Assembly (NCBI GenBank): GCA_964230605.1
Contig: CAXRIN010000083.1
Coordinates: 2,643 to 66,642 of the forward strand
From: Flavobacteriaceae bacterium
Lineage (GTDB): Bacteria; Bacteroidota; Bacteroidia; Flavobacteriales_C; GCA-002722245
Length of the DNA: 64,000 bases
Direction of reading: 5' to 3'
The notes below the pieces were generated by a model. It did no database searches. It worked only from the letters and a program-made list of their open reading frames with translations, and had not been told where the DNA came from. Numbering within the stretch: the stretch's first letter is position 1; each line of letters starts with the position of its first letter. Positions 19,484-28,054 of this stretch are shown here, piece after piece. A program made the translations under genes and the position numbers.

Positions 19484-19587
19484 AATCTTTTATTGTTCTA
19501 CTGTTTTGAAAGCACCATGAATGGTTGCTAATCATAAAATTAGCGAGCTAAAAAGCTTTGCGATATAAGGGTCCGGTTAAAAAGTGT

Positions 19588-19595
19588 TAATTTTG
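19588..19595 (+). promoter_or_regulatory. candidate -7 promoter box TAATTTTG for dapF
   Basis: Perfect TAnnTTTG match upstream of both candidate dapF starts (19606 and 19627). Confidence 0.35.
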
Positions 19596-19626
19596 TGCTT
19601 AACAAATGTTAATGCATTTAACACCT

Positions 19627-20415
19627 ATGGAAATCACATTTTATAAATATCAAGGAGCAGGGAATGACTTCGTGATTATTGATGATAGAGACGAACAATT
19701 TGACAGGTCAAATACTGAACTTGTAAACTTTTTGTGTGACAGGAGGTTTGGCGTTGGAGGGGATGGTTTAATGCTATTGAGAAATAAGGAAGGATTTGAT
19801 TTTGAAATGGTTTATTACAATTCTGATGGCAATGAATCTTCTATGTGTGGGAACGGTGGGAGATGTATTGTCGCCTTTGCAAAAAAGATGGGCGTAGTTG
19901 GAGATAGCTGCTATTTTATTGCAGTTGATGGTCCGCATGAAGCGAATGCTATTCAAACAGAGGAAGGAGAGTGGATTAGTTTAAAAATGATTGACGTTCC
20001 TGAAGTTGAGAAAGGACCAAGATATTGCTTCATGAATACAGGATCACCGCATTATGTTGCTTTTGAATCTAACTTAAAGTCTTTTGATTTAGTTGAAGAG
20101 GCACGTAAGATTAGATACAATAACAGATTTTCTGCGGAAGGAACAAATGTGAATTTTGTGAATATTGAAAATGATATTTTAAATATTCGTACTTATGAAA
20201 GAGGCGTTGAGGATGAAACACTTGCTTGTGGAACTGGTGTTACTGCTGCAGTTTTAGCAGCTCATTCAACAGGTCAGTTTTCTGGAGATGAGCTGAATGT
20301 AAAAGCTCAGGGAGGGAATTTGAAAGTTAAATTCCAAAAGGTTGATGATGGGTATCAAAATATTTGGTTAGAAGGACCAGCAGACTTCGTTTTTAAAGGA
20401 ACTATCAATGTCTGA
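19627..20415 (+). CDS. dapF: diaminopimelate epimerase
   Basis: MEITFYKYQGAGNDFVIID start and two catalytic Cys motifs (SMCGNGGRC, LACGTGVTA). The track start 19606 adds 7 non-conserved residues. Confidence 0.9.
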   Translation: MEITFYKYQGAGNDFVIIDDRDEQFDRSNTELVNFLCDRRFGVGGDGLMLLRNKEGFDFEMVYYNSDGNESSMCGNGGRCIVAFAKKMGVVGDSCYFIAVDGPHEANAIQTEEGEWISLKMIDVPEVEKGPRYCFMNTGSPHYVAFESNLKSFDLVEEARKIRYNNRFSAEGTNVNFVNIENDILNIRTYERGVEDETLACGTGVTAAVLAAHSTGQFSGDELNVKAQGGNLKVKFQKVDDGYQNIWLEGPADFVFKGTINV

Positions 20416-20959
20416 TTTTAAGATTTTAAATCTACAATCCTTGGTTGAGGAACAACTATACGAAGGTGTTTATCTTTTGATATTAAATGCCCGTACAGTT
20501 CCTCCTCATTTATCTTTGACTGTTTCTGGTAAAGTGTATGGAATCAGTACCAAAGGTCCAACTTTCGATAAGGATGTAGATGTTTATCTTAATCACATAA
20601 AAAAGCAAAACGTGGAGAGCGTTTTTGTTAAGCTAAAACTTCCTTCGGTTTATTCAGATGTCCAAATGCTAGATGCTGTTAGACAAGTGGTAAAAGCTTA
20701 TCCTAGAGTTGATATTGGAGCAGCAACCTGTTTAAGCCCGATAAAAGATTTTATGAGTTCAGCCTATCAAACTGAAGTGCATGATGTGCACTTGATTTTT
20801 GATCTTTTACCAAAACTTCAGTCTCAAGGAGTTATTGAGGGTTATTACCAAATGAATTTGGATGGCGCGATGGCTAAGGGGGAGTTGTTGATGAAAAGAT
20901 ACACTGTTTTTGAGGTGAATGAAGCAATTCATAAAGCGCTTCCTAAAGTGTTGAGTTGA
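20408..20959 (+). CDS. hypothetical protein, overlaps dapF stop by 8 nt
   Basis: 183-aa ORF on the same strand as dapF, and the overlap suggests co-translation. No motif recognised. Confidence 0.5.
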   Translation: MSDFKILNLQSLVEEQLYEGVYLLILNARTVPPHLSLTVSGKVYGISTKGPTFDKDVDVYLNHIKKQNVESVFVKLKLPSVYSDVQMLDAVRQVVKAYPRVDIGAATCLSPIKDFMSSAYQTEVHDVHLIFDLLPKLQSQGVIEGYYQMNLDGAMAKGELLMKRYTVFEVNEAIHKALPKVLS

Positions 20960-20965
20960 TTATTT

Positions 20966-20997
20966 CCCTCAGAGTACTCAGAGAGCTCAGAGTTTTT
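20966..20997. repeat. left arm of 32-bp inverted repeat (three CTCAGAG heptamers, period 9)
   Basis: ccctcagagtactcagagagctcagagttttt matches the reverse complement of 21491-21522 at 31/32 positions. Confidence 0.9.
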
Positions 20998-21382
20998 AAA
21001 CTTTAAATTTTGGATTTACTTTTCTGTAAATTCCATTTTTAAGTTCGGACTCATTGAAATTGATTAACAATCCGCAGGGTTTGTTTGAAAGAGTTAAGTA
21101 TGTTGTTAATTGTTTGTGATGAACTTTGTTTATTTCATTTACAGCCTTTAATTCAATTATTACTTTGTTTTCAACTATCAAATCTATTCTGAACCCTACC
21201 CTTAAATCTATTTGATTCCACTCTACCTTAATAGGTACTTCAGATTTAACATCTAATCCAATTTGTTGTAATTCAATTTCTAAAGCTTTTTGATAAACAG
21301 ATTCAAGAAGTCAAGGGCCTAAGCCTGAATGTATTCGGAAAGCAGCCCCTCTAATTAGGTAGGTTATTTCGTTTATCTCCAT
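20996..21382 (-). pseudogene. GxxExxY family (PD-(D/E)XK-like) gene with in-frame TGA at the name-giving Gly codon
   Basis: My translation from ATG 21382 reads MEINEITYLIRGAAFRIHSGLGP*LLESVYQKALEIELQQIG...RIDLIVENKVIIELKAV...LINFN. The TGA (21311-21313) sits where the family has G in G-L-L-E-S-V-Y. The track lists only the 61-aa C-terminal fragment. Confidence 0.7.
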
Positions 21383-21490
21383 CAAAGGAAATTATCTATT
21401 AACCATTTTAAATTCATACTTATCATTAAGAAAGTATTTGTTTTTATCTAATTTCTAATGATTTGGAAATTTTTTTAAAAAAATAATCTA

Positions 21491-21522
21491 AAAAACTCTG
21501 AGGTCTCTGAGTACTCTGAGGG
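21491..21522. repeat. right arm of 32-bp inverted repeat
   Basis: aaaaactctgaggtctctgagtactctgaggg pairs with 20966-20997. Confidence 0.9.
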
Positions 21523-21572
21523 AGAAAAAAACACTCCGCTGAAAAAAATCTCTTTCGTGACGGGTTTTTCGT

Positions 21573-21580
21573 TATGTTTG
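21573..21580 (+). promoter_or_regulatory. candidate -7 promoter box TATGTTTG for the GNAT gene
   Basis: Perfect TAnnTTTG match ending 4 nt before ATG 21585. Confidence 0.45.
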
Positions 21581-21584
21581 TTTT

Positions 21585-22103
21585 ATGCTGTTGAAAGGTA
21601 AGAATATATCACTTCGTGCTCTTGAACCTACCGATTTGGAGGTGATATATTATTGGGAAAATGATCCTGAAATTTGGGAGGTTTCACATACTTTAGCTCC
21701 ATTTTCGAGGTTTGTTCTGACGCAATACTTGGAGACTCAGCATCTAGATATCTATGCGTCTAAGCAACTAAGACTCGTTATAATAGATAAAAATAGAGTG
21801 CCTGTAGGTTTGATTGATTTGTTTGAATTTGAACCAAAACACAAGCGAGCAGGAGTTGGTATTTTAATAGATGTGAATGCCAGAGGTAAAGGATATGCAA
21901 GGGAATCTTTGGAGTTGATGGAGGAGTATTGTTTTAACCATCTAGATTTGCATCAGATTTATGCTAATATTGGAGTTTCCAATCAAGCCAGCTTAACACT
22001 TTTTGAAACTTTAGGTTACAAAAAGGTGGGAGTGAAAAAAGATTGGATTAAAAATGCCAATGGATTTGAAGACGAGGCTTTGTATCAAAAATTAAACTCC
22101 TAG
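21585..22103 (+). CDS. GNAT-family N-acetyltransferase (RimJ/RimL-like)
   Basis: 172 aa with acetyl-CoA motif RAGVGILIDVNARGKGYA and a LRALEPTDLE start typical of this subgroup. Confidence 0.8.
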   Translation: MLLKGKNISLRALEPTDLEVIYYWENDPEIWEVSHTLAPFSRFVLTQYLETQHLDIYASKQLRLVIIDKNRVPVGLIDLFEFEPKHKRAGVGILIDVNARGKGYARESLELMEEYCFNHLDLHQIYANIGVSNQASLTLFETLGYKKVGVKKDWIKNANGFEDEALYQKLNS

Positions 22104-22640
22104 TTGAGTGTTTACTTGGTTCATCATTTCATGATAATTCTTTCCCAGTCTTGCCATCATTTTTGAAATTCGATCAAAAGATTGTTGAGTCTCTGCTGAA
22201 ATTTCTTTCTTTCCTAATTTCAAAGTCCACAACCCAAATAACCCTGTCATACAGGCCTCTATCTCAGTTACCTCGTTAGCTTGTTTCTTTTGCAATTCAA
22301 AAATATCAGCCCTAGCATTGTTGTAAAGAGGATTATAACCTTTGTCTGAATAGGTTTTAAGCAAGGTTTGATGTAGTAAAGAAAGCTCCGTGATTGTATC
22401 ACGTGTAAAAGCAAGGTGACCTGTTTGCTGAAGGTTTTGACTCTTCATTTGTTGAATCAAATCAGCATACCATTCAGCTACTAATTCTTTATCATTTTCA
22501 GTAAGGCCTAATTGAGCTATTACATTCCCTTTAATAATCTCAAGATTAAATTGACAAGCACGAATAATATTCTCTACTTGCCACATGTAAAGCACATATT
22601 CTATAATGTTGTTTTTCTTTTTCTCTTGAGCTATAAACAT
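22092..22640 (-). CDS. DUF4924-like protein
   Basis: 182 aa. The N-terminus (AQEKKKNNIIEYVLYMWQVENIIRA) matches my memory of DUF4924. Confidence 0.55.
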   Translation of the reverse strand: MFIAQEKKKNNIIEYVLYMWQVENIIRACQFNLEIIKGNVIAQLGLTENDKELVAEWYADLIQQMKSQNLQQTGHLAFTRDTITELSLLHQTLLKTYSDKGYNPLYNNARADIFELQKKQANEVTEIEACMTGLFGLWTLKLGKKEISAETQQSFDRISKMMARLGKNYHEMMNQVNTQLGV

Positions 22641-22642
22641 GA

Positions 22643-23320
22643 TTATTTATTGTTTTTGTTAACAACAAGGATAATTTGTTCCGAAATATCGTTTTTCTCA
22701 TTTAGAGGGAAAAATGAAGTGTTCATTCCGTCTTGTACTAAAACATAATCAAGCTTTAATTTTTCATTGATCTCATCTAAAGCTTTTTGAACAATCTCAT
22801 TTCTTTTTTGAGTGATTGTCATTTGACTTTTTTGCAAGTTTTCTGCTTTTGGTTTTAAATCCATTACTTTTTGCTCAGCTTCCGCTTGTTTTTGAGCCAT
22901 CTCTTTCATTTCCATTTGATAGGTCATCTGATCTAACAAACCTTTGTCTTGCATTCTTTTTAGTTCGTTTTCTTTCTTAGATCGGTATGCGTCAAAGTCC
23001 TGGTAAATTTGAGCTTCTTGTCTTTGTAAACTTAATTGTTGTTGCTCAAGCTTTTTTAAATCGTTTTTCAAAACAGGGCATTGCTCAACTACTTTGAACA
23101 TATTAATAAAACCAATTCTTGAGAAGTCGGCCTCTTTCAATGAATCTAATGAAGTAGTGTCACTTAAATCAATCATAGCAACAGAGTCTGTTACAGTTGA
23201 ATCAATGGTTTCTTCAATTAGCACTTCTTCTTTTTCTGCCTTTCCAGTTGAATTAAAGTGAAGTATATATAAAACTATAAGTCCTACCGCTAATATTCCG
23301 TTCGTTAAATTGATTTTCAT
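22643..23320 (-). CDS. OmpH/Skp-family periplasmic chaperone-like protein
   Basis: Signal anchor MKINLTNGILAVGLIVLYILHF followed by a long coiled-coil-like Q/E/K-rich region. The track's TTG start at 23341 is replaced by ATG at 23320. Confidence 0.65.
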   Translation of the reverse strand: MKINLTNGILAVGLIVLYILHFNSTGKAEKEEVLIEETIDSTVTDSVAMIDLSDTTSLDSLKEADFSRIGFINMFKVVEQCPVLKNDLKKLEQQQLSLQRQEAQIYQDFDAYRSKKENELKRMQDKGLLDQMTYQMEMKEMAQKQAEAEQKVMDLKPKAENLQKSQMTITQKRNEIVQKALDEINEKLKLDYVLVQDGMNTSFFPLNEKNDISEQIILVVNKNNK

Positions 23321-23432
23321 GTTACAAATTTTGGAGTGCAAATATAGAATTAATCGAACGATTTAATTATTTACTTCTTTTTAAATATTAAAGGAACTAA
23401 AATGAATTGAGTTCGTACCATACCTGTTAGCG

Positions 23433-24187
23433 ATGAATAAAAGATATACGTTAGGTATAATAATTTCAATTTTAGTTTTGGTATTTAACCAAGCTTTTAT
23501 TCAATATTGGCTTGAACAAAAGAAATCCGACGCCTACATGATTTAAGTGAGCCAGTTAGGAAAATAACAACTTTTTCTTCAGAACTTGAGAAAGATCTAA
23601 GCGGTAAATTAGAGTCTGATGAATCCTTTGCGCTCAATACCATTAAAAATTCTTCTATCCAGTTGAAGAATTACTTCATGGGAATTCTTCAGTTGAATGA
23701 TATTGACGAGAAAAAGGGATGGGAATCATTTAATCTTAAAGAAGGAATTGAATCAATCTTCCTAAAATCTAAATCGGAGTTTAATCAAGAGGATTCAACA
23801 ATAGAGTTTAAAATAGATGAACCTATTACCGTAAAATTTGATAAAGAGGAATTTTTCTTACTCTTCTTCGAAATGATTAAGAATAGCTTTGTTTATGCTA
23901 AAAAGGAAGAGTCGCTTAATATTTTGGTTTCGGGTGAAATTGAAGGTGATTTTATAGAAATCGCTTTCCAAGACAACGGAATTGGTTTAGATGCCAAATA
24001 TGACTCTAAAGTTTTTCAAATGTTTCAAAGACTTCACACTAGAAAAGAATATCCCGGTTACGGTATTGGTTTAGCGCTATGTAAAAAGATTATTGAAACA
24101 ATGGGAGGAGATATTTCGATTGATAGTGGTTATGTGGAAGGTGCACGTTTTATTATTCGTTTGCCTTCTCAATTATTATCGAAGTAG
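23433..24187 (+). pseudogene. decayed sensor histidine kinase (TM start, frameshift/deletion, then H-box plus HATPase_c)
   Basis: ATG 23433 encodes MNKRYTLGIIISILVLVFNQAFIQYWLEQKKSDAYMI*, with the stop at 23544-23546. In the +2 frame the sequence continues ..RRLHDLSEPVRKI (H-box) into the 174-aa track ORF. That ORF carries N/G1/G2 boxes (FQDNGIGLD, GYGIGLALCKKIIETMGG). Confidence 0.55.
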
Positions 24188-25690
24188 AGTCACAGTTCCG
24201 ATTTTTTGATAATCATTTAATACACCTGTTTCTCTCTCTATTTGTTTGTAGTTTAGTTTGTAAACATATGTTCCTTGAGGTGCATTTTTTCCATCCCATT
24301 TATCGGTCAACTTATTGGTGCTGAAAATAACTTTTCCAAATCTATTGTAGATATTTAAACTGTAATAATAGGTTTCAATAGCTTCTGCTCCAAAAGTATC
24401 GTTAAATCCATCTCCGTTAGGTGTGAAAGCGTTGGGGATAAATAAATCTGTCGCACAAAAATCTTCAATTTTTATTCTGTCGGTAACAAAGCAATTAGCT
24501 CCGTTGTAAAGAGTTACTTTGTAAAAGCCGGGAGTTTTTGCAATGAAAATTGCATTTGTATCAAGCGTGTCATTGTGGCTCCAAACTATCCATTCAGCTT
24601 CTCCGGCATAAAGCTTCAAGCCATTTTTAATCTGTAAACATAGAGTAGTGTCACCTGGAAGTAAGCTTATTGGTGTTTCTTTTTCATTAACATTCATTGA
24701 ATCAGATGCCAAACATCCAGAATCGTGGGAGATTTTAAGCCAATATTTACCGATATCATCAATATTAATTTCCTTTGTTGTTTCTCCAGTGGACCATTCA
24801 TATGAAAAACCTGAATTGAATACGGTGTCGGCTTTTAATTTTACTTTATCTCCCGGACATATTGTTGTGTCGTTGTTTATTGTGAATTCTATATTGTCAA
24901 TTACAGTTACTGATACCGAGTCTTCGGTGTAACAAACTTTATTAAAAGATATATCATCCATTGCGAAATCATTACCATTACTGGCTGTGTTTTCGTTTGT
25001 AATGCATATTTCGGCACTTGTATTGAGGCCTGAGTTCCAAATTTCAAAAAATTCATTCCATTCACATTCTTTTGGTTTAGCTTCAAATGGAGCGCCGATT
25101 GTATCACCATTAATTGTAAATTGTAAAATCGCATTGTTTAAGTTGAGAATGGATGTTACCCATGTTGATAAGGCGTAATCTTCATTTTGTTCTACATCAA
25201 CCGTTTGACACCATATTTCTTCATTAGGAACGATAGCTCCGTCTGTTACAAACATATTTCCAATTCCCGTTTCTGTGTGGTCTGTGCAGTTTTTCCAACT
25301 AGGCCAATAAGTGTTTGTTTTGTTGTTAATGCAGTAACTTCCTTGTGGCATGCTACCGTTTAAACAACTTGACCAGTAATTAGATTGGAAATCCACGTTT
25401 CCAGATTCAAAATCACCATTTTTTATAAGGTTTTCTGGATGCAGTATTCTGTTTGAGACATAAAACTTTTGAGATTTTTGGATGTCAACTGTGATTTTTG
25501 CTAAAGTATCACTAGATGTTATACCTTCTCCAAACCATTTTACTTTACCTAAGTTATTTCCTTTAACCCATAAGTTAATTTCTGAAGGAGAACATATGGT
25601 TGTGTCTGGCATTTTTAAGAAGTCGCAATTCTTTTGTCCTTGAACAAAACCTAAAATGCAAATGAATATGAATAGCAGCCAAGTTTTCAC
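24176..25690 (-). CDS. secreted protein with T9SS type-B (gliding-motility-associated) C-terminal sorting domain
   Basis: 504 aa with an N-terminal signal. The C-terminal ~90 aa read LFIPNAFTPNGDGFNDTF...LNIYNRFGKVIFS...KWDGKNAPQGTYVYKL...GTVTLLR. Confidence 0.8.
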   Translation of the reverse strand: MKTWLLFIFICILGFVQGQKNCDFLKMPDTTICSPSEINLWVKGNNLGKVKWFGEGITSSDTLAKITVDIQKSQKFYVSNRILHPENLIKNGDFESGNVDFQSNYWSSCLNGSMPQGSYCINNKTNTYWPSWKNCTDHTETGIGNMFVTDGAIVPNEEIWCQTVDVEQNEDYALSTWVTSILNLNNAILQFTINGDTIGAPFEAKPKECEWNEFFEIWNSGLNTSAEICITNENTASNGNDFAMDDISFNKVCYTEDSVSVTVIDNIEFTINNDTTICPGDKVKLKADTVFNSGFSYEWSTGETTKEINIDDIGKYWLKISHDSGCLASDSMNVNEKETPISLLPGDTTLCLQIKNGLKLYAGEAEWIVWSHNDTLDTNAIFIAKTPGFYKVTLYNGANCFVTDRIKIEDFCATDLFIPNAFTPNGDGFNDTFGAEAIETYYYSLNIYNRFGKVIFSTNKLTDKWDGKNAPQGTYVYKLNYKQIERETGVLNDYQKIGTVTLLR

Positions 25691-25753
25691 AAAACCAATA
25701 TATTCTTAATAGAGTCGACTGTCAATTAATGGAGTAGGACAAGCTTAGGACAA

Positions 25754-26467
25754 CTAAAAAATTATGTAAAAATCCTTTAGTAGCTCTTGATACTCTTTAG
25801 TGTATCCAATGTCTTGGTTTCCTGATGTAAACTCTTGATATATAGTTTTTTCAGTTTGGTTTGTAAATTCAAAGATTGTTCTTTTTGAAGCCTTTTTGGG
25901 TGAAGAGAAAATTTTGGTTTGTTTGGAAATAGATAGGTTTAATTTTTTGCTTTCTACTTCAACACGCTCCGATTCCCAGGTTGGATATATAAGATATAAT
26001 ATTCCACTGTCTGATAAAAGAACTTTAGCTTTTTGCAATAAGGTGGTCAATGGAAGAAATTTTTCTTGTCTGGCTTGATTTCGATCTTCGTCATCACTTC
26101 CTGTTTCTTCAGTAAAAAACGGAGGGTTGGAAAGAATAAGATCAAATTTTTCATTTGGTTCAAAATCTTGCAATGAAGTCTTGATGAGTTCAAATCCCTT
26201 TTCAAAAGGAGAGTTGTTAAAATTTATTTTGGCTTGTTTAATTGCGTTGCTGTTGGGGTCGATTGTAGTGATTTCAGATAAAGGGAATTTTTGACGTAGC
26301 ATCATTGGGATTAAACCAGTCCCTGTTCCAATATCTAAAATTTTTATAGGGTTAGAAGATGAGACCCAAGCAGCAAGTAAAGCTCCATCAAATCCAACCT
26401 TCATTGCACATTTGTCGTGTTCAATTGAAAATTGCTTGAATTGGAAAGGTTTGGCGTATTTACTCAT
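25754..26467 (-). CDS. tRNA (adenine-N6)-methyltransferase, TrmN6/YfiC-like
   Basis: 237 aa with SAM motif ILDIGTGTGLI and catalytic ILSNPPFF. Confidence 0.7.
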   Translation of the reverse strand: MSKYAKPFQFKQFSIEHDKCAMKVGFDGALLAAWVSSSNPIKILDIGTGTGLIPMMLRQKFPLSEITTIDPNSNAIKQAKINFNNSPFEKGFELIKTSLQDFEPNEKFDLILSNPPFFTEETGSDDEDRNQARQEKFLPLTTLLQKAKVLLSDSGILYLIYPTWESERVEVESKKLNLSISKQTKIFSSPKKASKRTIFEFTNQTEKTIYQEFTSGNQDIGYTKEYQELLKDFYIIF

Positions 26468-26984
26468 TCAAATCAATAATTCCTTCAGGAAGGTCGAATA
26501 CTACTTTCTTTTCATCTGTGTTGATTTCAACAATGAAATCATCAACAAAAGGAATAATGATTTCCTCATTTTGATATTCAACAAACATTATTGTTTGGGC
26601 TGTTTGATTATTAATCTCAGTGATTTCACCTATCTCACCTTTTTGTTTGTCAAAAAGTGTACAGCCAACCAGCTCGTGCATATAAAATTCCTCAGAGTCT
26701 AGTTCAGGCAACATTTCTTTTGGCAGGTAAAGAGACAGGTTTTTAATTCGATTAATATCATCATCTGAATTCAAACCTTCGAATTTTCCGAGGGCATTTC
26801 CTTTAGGATTCAGTTTATAGTGTGAAAGTGGATAGCTTACTAATTTTCTACCTATCAAAACGTAAACAGAATCCAAAGCTTCAGGCTCAATTGGACTATC
26901 ATTGTCAATTATAATATTAACCTCTCCTTTAAAACCTTTTGGTTTACCAACTTTACCGAAATAAAAACAATCCTCTACTTTCAT
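26460..26984 (-). CDS. rimM: 16S rRNA processing protein RimM
   Basis: 174 aa with GKVGKPKGFKGEV start and a PRC-barrel-like C-terminus. It overlaps the next gene by 8 nt. Confidence 0.8.
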   Translation of the reverse strand: MKVEDCFYFGKVGKPKGFKGEVNIIIDNDSPIEPEALDSVYVLIGRKLVSYPLSHYKLNPKGNALGKFEGLNSDDDINRIKNLSLYLPKEMLPELDSEEFYMHELVGCTLFDKQKGEIGEITEINNQTAQTIMFVEYQNEEIIIPFVDDFIVEINTDEKKVVFDLPEGIIDLNE

Positions 26985-26987
26985 CTT

Positions 26988-26995
26988 TATATTTG
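26988..26995 (+). promoter_or_regulatory. candidate -7 promoter box TATATTTG for the GSCFA gene
   Basis: Perfect TAnnTTTG match 15 nt upstream of ATG 27011. Confidence 0.4.
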
Positions 26996-27010
26996 TGACA
27001 AATTTAGTTC

Positions 27011-27991
27011 ATGGAGAGAACAGAAGTAAATATTTCTAGTAATTTTCCTTTATTAAGTGTAAATGATCGAACACTTTTTTTAGGCTCTTGCTTTTCTGAA
27101 AATATTGGGCGAAAATTTCAAGAGTATAAATTACAAGCCACAGTTAATCCCCTAGGCGTGGTTTTTCATCCAATCCCTCTTTCTAATCAGATCAAAAGGG
27201 CTCTTTCAGATGATTTGTATATTGAAAGTGATTTTTTTGAGTTTAATGATTATTGGTTTAACTACGAATTGAGTGGATCGTGTGCCAAGTTTGACAAGCA
27301 AGAAGCAGTTAGTTGGGCAAATGAAAAATTAGGAGACCTGAAACAGAGGTTGAAAAAGTCGGAAAGATTATTTTTATCTCTAGGGAGTGCTGTTGAAAGA
27401 TCATTTTTAGGAAATGTTGTGGCGAACTGCCATAAGCAACCAATTAAAAAATTTGAAAGAAAAATAACTGGAGTTCAAACCTTAGTTGAGAATATTTCCC
27501 CTGCCTTAGATAGTGTTTTTGCAATAAATCCAAATCTTAAAATTTACTTTACAGTTAGTCCAGTAAGACATTTAAAAGAAGGTTTGGTGGATAATACAAT
27601 AAGTAAATCAACGCTTGTTTTATTGTGTCAAGAATTATGTAATCGTTTTAAGAATGTTGAGTACTTACCAATTTATGAAGTAGTTATTGATGAATTAAGA
27701 GATTACTCATTTTTTAAAGATGACTTACTTCATCCTAATGATAAGGCTATTGAGTATATTTGGCATAAGGTTAAAGAGTCTTTAGGAAGTTTAGAATTGA
27801 AGACTTATTTAGAGCATTCAAATAAATTAATTACAGCTTTTAATCACAATTCACTATATCCTAAATCTGCTTCAAACATAGCTTTTTTAAATAATCTGAA
27901 ATTAAGTTTAGAGCAGCATCAAGAAGAATATAAATTGGATTGGACAGCAGAAATTGATATTGTTAAAGAAAAGTTGAAAAATATGGCATAA
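27011..27991 (+). CDS. GSCFA domain protein
   Basis: 326 aa with the LFLGSCFSENIG motif near the N-terminus. Confidence 0.8.
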   Translation: MERTEVNISSNFPLLSVNDRTLFLGSCFSENIGRKFQEYKLQATVNPLGVVFHPIPLSNQIKRALSDDLYIESDFFEFNDYWFNYELSGSCAKFDKQEAVSWANEKLGDLKQRLKKSERLFLSLGSAVERSFLGNVVANCHKQPIKKFERKITGVQTLVENISPALDSVFAINPNLKIYFTVSPVRHLKEGLVDNTISKSTLVLLCQELCNRFKNVEYLPIYEVVIDELRDYSFFKDDLLHPNDKAIEYIWHKVKESLGSLELKTYLEHSNKLITAFNHNSLYPKSASNIAFLNNLKLSLEQHQEEYKLDWTAEIDIVKEKLKNMA

Positions 27992-28054
27992 TCATTGGCT
28001 TTTTACACAACAATTCTGAAGAAAGTGCGTAAAATGCCGAGAGTTGACTGAGTT

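Noticed and set aside
21311-21313. The in-frame TGA at the Gly position of the GxxExxY motif might mean TGA encodes Gly, as in genetic code 25 (SR1/Gracilibacteria).
   Set aside because: TGA clearly acts as a stop in neighbouring well-conserved genes. Examples are dapF, which ends ..INV-TGA at 20413-20415, and the 733-aa gene, which ends ..GTS-TGA. The gene content is Bacteroidota. A GGA to TGA nonsense mutation is the simpler reading.
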